A stretch of DNA of 63,720 bases, filler included, from Thraustochytrium aureum (Eukaryota), in assembly GCA_012862495.1 (NCBI GenBank). It is 3 parts of 2 records of this genome, joined end to end, with 100 filler letters (N's around TTAATTAATTAA, not from the genome) between each part and the next. Parts side by side here need not be neighbours in the genome. Positions count along the whole stretch, not along the records: positions 1 to 30,312 come from BLSG01000105.1; positions 30,413 to 45,999 come from BLSG01000105.1; 1 more part is not named here. One strand, given 5' to 3'. Below the pieces are notes generated by a model, which was not told the DNA's origin, searched no databases, and saw only the letters and a list, made by a program, of their open reading frames with translations. How positions within the stretch are numbered: position 1 is the stretch's first letter; every line of letters begins with the position of its first letter. Shown piece by piece: positions 23,376 through 33,700 of this stretch. The position numbers and the translations under genes were made by a program.

Positions 23376-25495
23376 ATGGCAGCGAATGGCGCGTCAATGT
23401 CGCTGCGGCACGTCGAGCAGCAACTCCTCCAGGCGCGCGCAGGCGGCGAAAAGAAGGTGGCCAGCGTACGTAGCATGCCCGTACTGCTCCAGCCGGTTAT
23501 GACGACGTTCAGGAAGAAGCGAGGGAGGGACGTGATGGGCGGTATTGCCCCGGTCGTGGCCGAGGCACGACGGGAGTTGCTGCGCGGGGAGCTCAAGTAC
23601 GTGGCGGGCAAGCAGCAAAGAGCGGCGCCTGCGCAAAGACGCGAGCGCGACGAGGCAACTTGCCTGCGCGCCCCCATTGAGCCACTGTCGCCCAAGAGCC
23701 CAGAAGTAATCGAGATGCTGCGTCCGTTGCGCGACCCGCCAGCCTTCCCAGAGCGCTGGAACACCAAGCAGGCAAGCATCAGGGAGATCCTCGAGGGTGC
23801 GAAACGAGACGCATCAAAGCGCGGCGCAGCGCTCGGCCAAGCTCGCCTCTGGCAAGCTGAAAAGCGCAGGAGCGAGCGCCGGCAGGCCCAGGAGGAAAAG
23901 GCCGCACGCCGGCTGCGCCGCCTCGAGGCCGAGGATCGAAAGCGCAACAGCGAAGCAAGCACGCGCGCATGGCGCGCAAACAAAGCAGTAAAGCAGCTAG
24001 AAGCCGAGCTAGCGCGCCGCCGCAAGCGCAACCCCAAGTTCGAGCCTGCTATGCGCGACAAGATCAAGCTCGACAGGCTTCGGCTCGCAGCCCTCGAGGC
24101 AGATCACGCTCTGCTCGTCCAGCTGCGCAGTCCGTCAGCACTGGGCGCTATGCCCGCAAAGAGTGCGCCGAGCGAGGAGGACAGCTTTGGCGGAGGTGGT
24201 GTGGAGCCAAGCCGCTCCGTCGCCCCCAACTTTGGCGGTGCGCAAGCCGACGAGGAGCTCACAGCGCTGGACCGCGCCTGCGCCAAGATCACGATCGCCC
24301 TCGAGCGCGACAAAGCGCGGCTCAAACACGCCTTCACAGAGCTTGACGCGAGTGGGGATGGCGCGCTGAGCCGAGGTGAGTTCGCGGCCCTGGTTGGCCG
24401 CCTGGACGCTGGGCTGGACCACGGCCAAGTCGTGCAGGTCTTCGAGGCCATCGACTCAGACGGCAGCGGGCAGATCTCCTACAACGAGCTGTATCGGGTC
24501 GTGCGCAAAGTGTCGGGCAAGGCTCTGGACGCGGTCCGCAGGTCTGAAAGGGCCAAAGACAACCTGCAGGACGCCGCGGCGCAAGCGGCGCGCGCGCTCA
24601 TCGCCCGAAAGACGCCACAGCGAGTTGTAGAGCGCCTCCGGCGGCCCGAGCTGTACATCGCCATGCACACATGGAAGGCGGCGGCCCGCAGCGGGATGAG
24701 CGCGGCGGGTCAGCGCAAGTTTGTGGAGAGGTTTAAACTCGCGCAGGAAGCTCTCCAGCTCCTGTTGGACCAGCTCAACAAGGACCAAGGCCCCGCTTCC
24801 TCTCGCTCTTTCACGAGATGGATATCAGTGGGGACGGCACGGTGGACCAGAACGAGTTTGCGCTGATCTTGGGTCGCCTCGGCGTTCCGGCATCACGGTC
24901 GCAGAGGTCCGCAAAGCTCGTTATTGCCAAGATTGACGCGGACGGCGACGGCACTGTGGACTACTTCGAGCTCTGCAGGGCTCTAAAGTCGATCGACCGT
25001 CGTCGGGCCGCGCGCAAGACGAAGCGCGCCATCAAGCTGGCGAGCATGGCTCGCGCCTCGGAGAACCCCGCCGAGCTCTGCCGGCGCGCGCGCGAGGAGC
25101 TCTTGCGCTCCAAGCGGCCGCCCACGAGCGAGCTGCGCGACGTGGAGCGCCGACTCATGGCCGCGAGGTCGCAGCTCCGTGCGCGCGAGGCTGCTGCGGC
25201 AGAGCGAGCTGCGCGCCGCGTTGCGCGGCGGCAGGCTCGCGACGCCCTCGTCGTGCAAGGCGGTGCGCTAGTAGGCGAACTGTCCGCAGCCAGGTGCCAG
25301 GTCGACGACGGAGTGGAGCAGGACCAGGCCGGCTGCGCCGCGTCTGCGCGGTCCTTTGACGGCAGCTGTGCGGACAAGCCTGCGGCCTTGCTCCGCGACG
25401 CCCTACGCGACTACGCCTCCTTTCGCTCGCGGTTTGGCCGGCTTGGCCCAGCCTCGTACGCTGCAATTTGCGCGTCGCGTCGCGTCTCCTCTTAA
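23376..25495 (+). CDS. Coiled-coil protein with four EF-hands
   Basis: EF loops DASGDGALSRGEF, DSDGSGQISYNEL, DISGDGTVDQNEF and DADGDGTVDYFEL. The frameshift at ~24785-24795 is explained by extra C's. Confidence 0.8.
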
Positions 25496-26233
25496 CCAAG
25501 ACCATCAGGTCGGCGTGGCGCGTGAGGCGTCAATTCCGGGCCGCGCCAGAGCGGTCGGGAGCCTCTCGAGCCGCCGGGCTGGTCGAGGTCGCCGGGTCAA
25601 GGCCTCACCGCCTCTCTTTCCTCCCCGCAAGCAGGCAAGGGGCCCAGTCGAGATGGAGAGGTACCGAGCTCGCCATTGGGGGCGGTAGGTAAGTACAGCG
25701 CCGTCCAGAGAGAGACAGCGAAGCGCGTTCACGGCAGCGGCGCGCGCAAAGTCTCATCAAAGTCAACGAGTCCGCCTCACGCTTGCCGCAAGCTCCTCCG
25801 ACCAGAACTGTAGCAAGGGCAGAGTACCTGCTCGCAGGGGCACACCCCAGCCGTACGGTTGTGAACCTGTGCACCACCGGCACCTCCTCTCTCGCGCAGC
25901 GCATAGAGCGGTTTGGCGCCACCAGCTCTTTGCCGAGATCGATGTCAAGCCAGCCAGCCAGCCAGCCAGCCAGCCGGCCAGGCCAACAGGCGACGCGCGA
26001 CACGGTCGCGCGCAGGCCATCATCGGCGGGGAGCGCGATGCAGCTCGCCGGAATCGCTGCTCGTGCGCGACGATGAAGAACGAAGACGATACAAGCAAAT
26101 GCGAGGTAGTCGAGTACCTACGCCTTCCTGCTGCAGTGCAGCCCTTCAGTGCAGCCGCAGCGCGCGCGAGGGGCCGAACGAACGCGCAGCGGCAGCTCGG
26201 CAGCTGAGCTTGCTCGCTCGCGAGGGGGCTGAT

Positions 26234-26257
26234 CGATCGATCGATATCGATCGATCG
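26234..26257. repeat. Perfect 24-bp palindrome made of GATC units
   Basis: CGATCGATCGATATCGATCGATCG. Confidence 0.9.
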
Positions 26258-26498
26258 GTGGGTGAGTGCGGCGGGTGGGCGGGTGCCTGGGTGTCGTTTC
26301 CTTTTTTGCTTTTCCTGGCTTACAACAGATTGACTCGCGAGCGGCGTCGGCGAGTAAATTTCTTTTTTTTTCTTTTTCTTTCCTTCCTTCCGCCCCAGTA
26401 CTACCAGTGGACGTAGGAACTCGGCACCGCTTGTTGCGTTTTTTTGTTGTTTTTTTGGTTTTCGATTCTCGACGAAGTACTTTCTTACTTTTTTTTCT

Positions 26499-26645
26499 TT
26501 TTTCGTCGTTTATTTTCTTCGAGTCAATTATGGTTTTTCGTCGTTTATTTTCTTCGAGTCAATTTGGTTTTTCGTCGTTTATTTGCTTCGAGTCAATTGT
26601 GGTTTTTCGTCATTTATTTCCTTGGAGTCCACGTTGGTTTTTTTC
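26499..26645. repeat. T-rich ~35-bp minisatellite, 4 copies
   Basis: Unit TTTTCGTCGTTTATTTTCTTCGAGTCAATT(A/G)TGGT; the last copy is degenerate. Confidence 0.9.
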
Positions 26646-26714
26646 GTTTTTGATGCGCGCTGTTCCGTCTTCTACTTCGCGGTCGGTTCTGGCCGGGTCT
26701 GGCACAAGCCCGTT

Positions 26715-26991
26715 CTGTGAGGGCGACGGGCAGCAGCCGCATTGTGCGAGCATTGATCGCCCTCCCCGCGCGTTGTGAGGCCCATGCCGGCGCCCTCTGG
26801 TAGATTCACGGTAAGATTCGGACGAACGAGGCCGTGAGCGGGCCGCCCCCACAGCGCCCTGTGAGGCGCTCGCGTAACGCTAGCAAACCGGAAGCCGCTC
26901 ACAGCCGCGCCTCTCACGCCGCCGTGGAGCGGCTGTCTTCCTCCCAGCGCCGTTGTGAGCGGCGCCGCCAGCACTCGGTTCTGCCTCACAG
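26715..26991. promoter_or_regulatory. Cluster of 8 YGTGAG/CTCACR motifs upstream of URC1
   Basis: Copies at about 26716, 26774, 26833, 26860, 26898(rc), 26913(rc), 26954 and 26985(rc). Confidence 0.5.
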
Positions 26992-27325
26992 GCAGCAAGG
27001 CGCGCTCTCGATAGTTAAAGAAGGAAGGGCGGCGCTGGGCTTGCGGCGCGGCCGGGCGGGAGGCGTGCTTTGAAGCGGCTTGCCGAGCGCTTTGCGCAGA
27101 AATGGCTGCGGCAGACCCCAAACGCTTTTGCGTTTGATCAGCTTGACTTTCCAAGCGGACACTTCGAAGCCAAGCAAGCCACCCGAATTGACATCGAGCA
27201 GGCAGGCAGGCAGGCAGGCAGGCAACTTACGCGAACACACGCGAGTCCGCACGCCCGCGGGCCCCGTGAGCCAGAGCGTCCAACCGCAAAGGCTTCCAAG
27301 TGCAAGGAAAACGTCCGGTGCAAGA

Positions 27326-28220
27326 ATGGTCGACCCCAAGGCAGCCAACATGTCGGACGAGGAGAAACGGGAGCGGTCCGGGTCCGTGGCGTCCGCCGAC
27401 TCTGCTGGGTCCAAGAAGCGAAAGGTCTCGTACGTCTCCCTCACCTCGCACCCCGGCGTCGGCAAGACCAACCCGATCCCAATCGAGTGGGGCAACCCCG
27501 ACCCGGCCAAGCGCGGGCCCGTGGTGTGCACGGGCCAGCAGAACGCCCGCCGCAACGCGATCGGAGCCCACGGCGGCTCGTACTGCGTGTACCGCGCGCT
27601 CGCGATCGCCTCCAACGCGCTCGACCCCGACTACAAGCCCAACTTCACCAACACGCAGCCAGCCGCCAAGATGGGCCCGTTCCCGCAGTGGGGCAACCCG
27701 GAAAAGATCGTCACCATCGACCCGTTCGGCGCCGTGGTGCCCACCGTGTACGCTGACGAAATCAGCAAGGGCATCGACACGCGCCCCACCATCGCGATCA
27801 CCAAGGCGCACGTCGACTTCCCGGAGGTCAAGGAGGCGCTCCGCGTCGGCCGCCTCAAGCCGGACGGCAAGGTGCTCACCGAGGACGGCCAGGTCAACGT
27901 GACCAAGGCCGCCATCGAGCCCTGCTGGTACCTCCCGGGCGTCGCCAAGCGGTTCGGCGTGTCCGAGTCCAAACTCCGCGACCTCCTCTTCCGCGAGACC
28001 AACGGCATGTACCCCGAGCTCCTCACTCGCACGGACCTGCACATGTTCCTGCCCCCCATCGGCGGCCTCACCATTTACATCTTCGGCGAGGTCAGCGCTA
28101 TCACAGACCCGGCCAAGCAGCTCTCCGTCCGCGTCCACGACGAGTGCAACGGCTCGGATGTCTTCGGCTCCGACATCTGCACCTGCCGCCCCTACCTCGC
28201 GCACGGCATCGAAAGTCGCG
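27326..28220 (+). CDS. URC1: URC1/Urg1-like GTP cyclohydrolase II family protein (uracil catabolism); 3' end lies in the gap
   Basis: GTP_CH_N signature (LTSHP, WG..DP..RGPVV, RRNAIGAHGGSY.VYRALA, IVTIDPFG, RPTIAITKAH) and VRVHDECNGSDVFGSDICTCRPYL; strong C/G third-position bias. Confidence 0.9.
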
Positions 28221-29653
28221 NNNNNNNNNNNNNNNNNNNNNNNNNNNNNNNNNNNNNNNNNNNNNNNNNNNNNNNNNNNNNNNNNNNNNNNNNNNNNNNN
28301 NNNNNNNNNNNNNNNNNNNNNNNNNNNNNNNNNNNNNNNNNNNNNNNNNNNNNNNNNNNNNNNNNNNNNNNNNNNNNNNNNNNNNNNNNNNNNNNNNNNN
28401 NNNNNNNNNNNNNNNNNNNNNNNNNNNNNNNNNNNNNNNNNNNNNNNNNNNNNNNNNNNNNNNNNNNNNNNNNNNNNNNNNNNNNNNNNNNNNNNNNNNN
28501 NNNNNNNNNNNNNNNNNNNNNNNNNNNNNNNNNNNNNNNNNNNNNNNNNNNNNNNNNNNNNNNNNNNNNNNNNNNNNNNNNNNNNNNNNNNNNNNNNNNN
28601 NNNNNNNNNNNNNNNNNNNNNNNNNNNNNNNNNNNNNNNNNNNNNNNNNNNNNNNNNNNNNNNNNNNNNNNNNNNNNNNNNNNNNNNNNNNNNNNNNNNN
28701 NNNNNNNNNNNNNNNNNNNNNNNNNNNNNNNNNNNNNNNNNNNNNNNNNNNNNNNNNNNNNNNNNNNNNNNNNNNNNNNNNNNNNNNNNNNNNNNNNNNN
28801 NNNNNNNNNNNNNNNNNNNNNNNNNNNNNNNNNNNNNNNNNNNNNNNNNNNNNNNNNNNNNNNNNNNNNNNNNNNNNNNNNNNNNNNNNNNNNNNNNNNN
28901 NNNNNNNNNNNNNNNNNNNNNNNNNNNNNNNNNNNNNNNNNNNNNNNNNNNNNNNNNNNNNNNNNNNNNNNNNNNNNNNNNNNNNNNNNNNNNNNNNNNN
29001 NNNNNNNNNNNNNNNNNNNNNNNNNNNNNNNNNNNNNNNNNNNNNNNNNNNNNNNNNNNNNNNNNNNNNNNNNNNNNNNNNNNNNNNNNNNNNNNNNNNN
29101 NNNNNNNNNNNNNNNNNNNNNNNNNNNNNNNNNNNNNNNNNNNNNNNNNNNNNNNNNTCCAGCTCGACCAAGTCAGCGACCACGAGGGCCTCGGCGACCG
29201 CGACTTGCTCGCGTCTCGAGCCGCTCGACCAAGCCCGCTCTGCGCCCTTGCCAATCGATGCAAGGCAGGCAACGTTGTCAATTGCGCGCAGTAGCAACCG
29301 CGCTTGCCGGCCGTGCAGCGAGCAGCGCGCCGCGTCGGTCTGTTCATGCGGCGCGCTGCCGGAGCTCCTGCTCGGACACTGCCATCAACGGCACCAACGG
29401 ATAGATTCTGGTCGTGGACAACCTCTGGGACTCTTTCGGGATGGTCGCTCGCTCGGCCCGCCAAACTCGTTCGGCAGATCCCCTGCCTGACGTCTGGTGG
29501 TCCCCGGGGCGGCCAGCGGAGAGCGTGCGCAGGCAAGGTTTCCCAGGAGCGGGCGAAAGGCAACAGCAAAGTATTCTCTACGTATGTTCATGTTGGTTTT
29601 GCAAATGCGGCGGCTGCGCGGGGCCGCGTCCTGGGACGTTCATCACTGAGTCG

Positions 29654-30312
29654 CTAGGTGCGGCCCTCCGAGCGGAGGAAACTCGCGCTTTTTCGCGTGC
29701 GAATCATCGTCGCAGCAGAGTCAACCTCTGCGACGATGCTCATGAAGGGCTCTTTCGAGAGGCAGCTGAGGCGACAGCCAGAGTCGCTGACGCATACCGC
29801 AGTGGCGTTGCGAGGCTTGCCTGTCATCAGCGAGGTCTCGCCGAACATGGCGCCGGGGCCCATCGTCGTAATGCGGCCGCTCTCGTCCGGGTCGTTCAGC
29901 GCAATCCGGCCTGCATCCACCACAAAGACTTTGTCGCCCGGGTCGCCCTTGTGAAAGATGACCTCTTCCCGGCGAACACTCAGCGACGCGCAGGCCGGCG
30001 AGCTGGTGAAGAGCGAGTGCAGCCTTCCAAGGGCGCGGCCCTCCACCAGGTTGTTCATGGACTCGGCAGTTTTGTTGAAGGCCGCATCGCCTTTGAGTGC
30101 CTCGAAATCGGCCTTGCCCAAGACCAGGAGCTCGACTGGGCCGCGACAGCGGATCGTGGCCGACCTCGGCCGACCCGTGAGCATACCAAACTCCCCGAAA
30201 AAATTCCCGGGCCCGAGAACCGCCGTCTGCACTTGCGCCCCGCGGCCGCCGGCCTGCTCCACAAGAACCTCCACCTCGCCAGACATGATGAAGTAAAAGT
30301 TGTCGGGACGCT
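29654..30312 (-). CDS. Cyclic-nucleotide-binding protein with two cNMP domains (5' part missing at scaffold end)
   Basis: FFGEFGMLTGRPRSATIR, and IFHKGDPGDKVFVVDAG...MFGETSLMTGKPRNATAV. Confidence 0.85.
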
Positions 30313-30412
30313 NNNNNNNNNNNNNNNNNNNNNNNNNNNNNNNNNNNNNNNNNNNNTTAATTAATTAANNNNNNNNNNNNNNNNNNNNNNNNNNNNNNNN
30401 NNNNNNNNNNNN
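30313..30412. other. Artificial scaffold linker N44-TTAATTAATTAA-N44
   Basis: A six-frame stop spacer flanked by equal N runs, 100 bp in total. Confidence 0.95.
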
Positions 30413-30743
30413 ATGATGGTGGTAGTCGGGTTGGTGGTGGCCGTAGTGCTTGGTGGCCGGGTTCGAGCTCGCGTGGCCAGTGCGGGCAGGAGTGCGAGGC
30501 GATTGCTGGAAGTGGCGCTCTTAATGTAGAAGCGCCGCATAGCAAGGGCTTTGTGTTTGGTTTTGCATGCATTTGTTAACTATTCGGCACCTGTGCGAGC
30601 CAAGGGCAGACGCCGATCGAGAGGCGCCAGAGCCGCTCGCGCTGCGCGACGCTCCGCGTGGCTAGGGCTTGGCGGTGGCCGTTGCTTGGCTGCGGCTGGT
30701 GCTCGGCGGTGGCTGAGAAGAGCACCGCGCATTTGGCGTCGGA

Positions 30744-33700
30744 ATGGGCGACGAAATGACAAACCCCAAGGAAGCGGCGGCTCAAGTCGGCCAACGTGAC
30801 GACGACCTCGTTCAGGCAGATAAAACGCAACAACCAGGCGAAATAGATGAATGGCCCGATGCGAATGGGCCTGTTGAGGCAGGCTGCGGCTGCGGAGACC
30901 AGGAAATGGACAGCAGGCAGGATTCGGAGGTCGCTGTACTGAACGCCAACCAGGTTGGGTCAGCTATGCACGGGGTCGTTCGGGCCATCCGAAGAAGCAG
31001 CTGGCAGAATCGCCGTAGAAATCGACGTTGATGGAGGGCCGAAGCGGCGGGGTTGGCTCACGGACGACCACGGGACCCTGTGTGCTTGAGCGGCGACCAA
31101 GTGCTCGAGCTTGTCGCGAAAGACGCAACCGAAGCGTTGGAACAAAAGCAGCGCACAGCGCAGCGAGAATATGAGGCTGCACTTATCGAGTACGAGCAGC
31201 GCTTGGCTGATGAAAAGCAAGCAGCCGCGAACGCGGCTTCGCGGCGCAAAGGGGCCAAGCGAGGCAAAGGCAAACGCAGCGCTATCCGCGAGCCCGCTGC
31301 CAAGCGGGGCGGGAACGAGACGAAACTAGCCGACAAAATAGGAACGGCCGCCCCAGTGCGGCCTCTCTCGCCAAGGCCGAGGCGGCTCAGAGTCACTGGC
31401 CCCGAGTTTTGGAATGGCGTGGGCAGCTCTGCGGACCGCCGGCCCCTGGAGACCACAGCAGACTTTGTACAGCTTGCGGAAGAGTACATGCTCCGCCGAC
31501 GGGAGAGGTGCGAGGTGGTCCTGCGCAGCGCCGTTCCAAGGCTCCGAGATTGCATCAAGGCCTGCACCGGCGGGGGAGCGCGCCACGCCGACCGTCGAGC
31601 AATCAACGACGTCGTGGTCGAGCTGTGCAAGGTCCTGACAAACCCCTACACGCACGACCTGGAGCCAGAGCAGTGCGTAGCGGCAACGAAAGAGCTACTG
31701 TCGCTCAATGCCGACTCGCTTCAGCCTGCCTTCCGCGCTGTCGCGCTTTGGAATGCCATGTGGAACGAGGAGACCTGTGCAAGGGTGGTGGAGGATGGAG
31801 CCGAGCGAAGTGCAAACCTGTTGGATGGCCTTGCTCAAGACCTTGCGACGATGCAAAGCCTCTTTGCGTCCTGCCCCTCCATGGCCGCTCTAGCTTTGTT
31901 GGGCGCCGCTAGTTGCGTGTGCCACGCAGGCGCCGGCTCGCCGTGCCGAACCGTTCCGCCAGCGCTGGCGACCGTCCAGCTGTTCGTTGACTTGGCCCGC
32001 CGCGGAAACGATGGCGAGATCGTCCTCGGATCGCTCTGCATTTTAAGCCACGCCCTCCCCACGCTCTGCGGGGATCTGACCGTCAGCGCAGACAGGAAGC
32101 GCGTGATGATTGGGCTGATCTCGGACCTGTTCGCATCTCCGCGCCTCGTTGTGCACGACGCAAACACGAACCGCGAGTACGCGCGCTGCGATCTGGGAAC
32201 GATGCTCATCGCGTCCAGCCTACTGAGCAAGTGCTGCATGAAAATGCCCGAGGCGCTGAGTGGCGAGCTGCTTCTCTCGAGCGGGGCGGTCCGCAGAGTG
32301 TTTTTGCTGGCCGAATGGGGCCTTGACACCACGCTGCTTCTGAGCTCTGCCGAGGCCACCATGGGGCGTGGCGCAGACCGAGCAGCGACCGAGGATGCCG
32401 ACCCTTTTAGGCACATCCTTGGCGGCTTCGTGGTCCCGAGCACGGACGAGGTGCTCGAGGCGTATATGGGTGTGCTCGGCAGCTCGCAAGATGCGGCAGA
32501 ATCCGCCTCTCCGGGCGGACGCTATGGCAAGGTGTGCCAGGTGATTCTCCTCAACGCGATATTCCTCCTGGCAAGCGCATGCCAGGACGCGGACACCACG
32601 CTAGCCAACGATTCGGTCAACTACCAGTCTTCTCGGTCCCTCGCCTCTGCCCGGCCCGGCATGTGCCGGGATCAAACACAGTCTCGCCTGCAAAGAGAGC
32701 GCGACGCCTCCGAGGACCTGGTCGAGGAGCTGGCGGTGCTTTTGCTGAGAGCTGTCGCGTTCGTGCGTGACAGCTGGCTTGAAATCTCCGCTGCCAAGGC
32801 CAAGCAACTCGCAGGACTCCAAGAAGCGCGCCGGCTCGAGGAGGAGCGCCGCGCGTTGCGCAAGCTCGAGACCGGCTACAGCGCAGAAGAGTCCGAACCC
32901 GAGGAGCAGGAGCAGGACCAGGCCCCCTTGCAAGTCCCCGAGCACCCGGATGAGTGGGTGCTTCGCGCGATAGAGCTCTCCGCACTGCGCGGGGTTCGGT
33001 CGCTTGTCAAAGGCGGGCTCGTCCGCGAATCGTGGGTACTAAAGCACATCGACAAACACCTGGCGCCCGTTGCACATCTGACGGACGCGATGAGTGACGA
33101 GGCGCGGAGATGCAACATCGACCTGTTCACACTTTTGTTCAATCTCGGGGGAGGAGTGGGGCAACTTGGGGCTCTTGACAAGCATGGCCAGAATGCTCGA
33201 GTCGGTATTTGTGGCCGACCTTTTGGTTGCGTTTCCGGACGAGCCCAACGCAGCGTTTCTGCTCGGCGCGGTGCTCAAGCACACAGAGACGCCCTGCGAG
33301 GAGGTCGTGATTACGAATATTTTGTCGCTGGTCAACCACAAGGTGGTGTCCCTGAAAAAGTGCGACGAACGCGGGTGTTCAATCCTCTCGTACCTGCTCG
33401 ACACGCTCGTCCAAGCCGCGCGGTTCCCTGAGGCCCGCGATACGATGGCGCGAACGGAGGGCGGTTCCGCCGTGGAGACCGTTCTCGGCGCGCTTGCAAA
33501 GCTGCTCTCGTTCCCCGTCAAGGAGGACTTTGTCTTTGACACGCTCTTGCGCTGCTGCCGCGCACTTGGTGTGGCGCTCCAGAATGTGACGAATGCAGAG
33601 TGCTTTACCCGCGCGCAGGGCATTCAGCTATTTTGCGCAGTGATCGATGAGTACGGCAGGTCCTCCCGCACGCTGGACCCAGGTGCTCCCGGGAAGCGCA

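Noticed and set aside
30357..30368. TTAA repeats as piggyBac target sites or a regulatory element
   Set aside because: They are an artificial linker embedded in N runs.
31029..31031. In-frame TGA readthrough or selenocysteine between same-frame ORFs 30744 and 31053
   Set aside because: An alternative frame (EEAAGRIAVEIDVDGG...) bridges it through two compensating G-run indels, and no SECIS evidence was seen.
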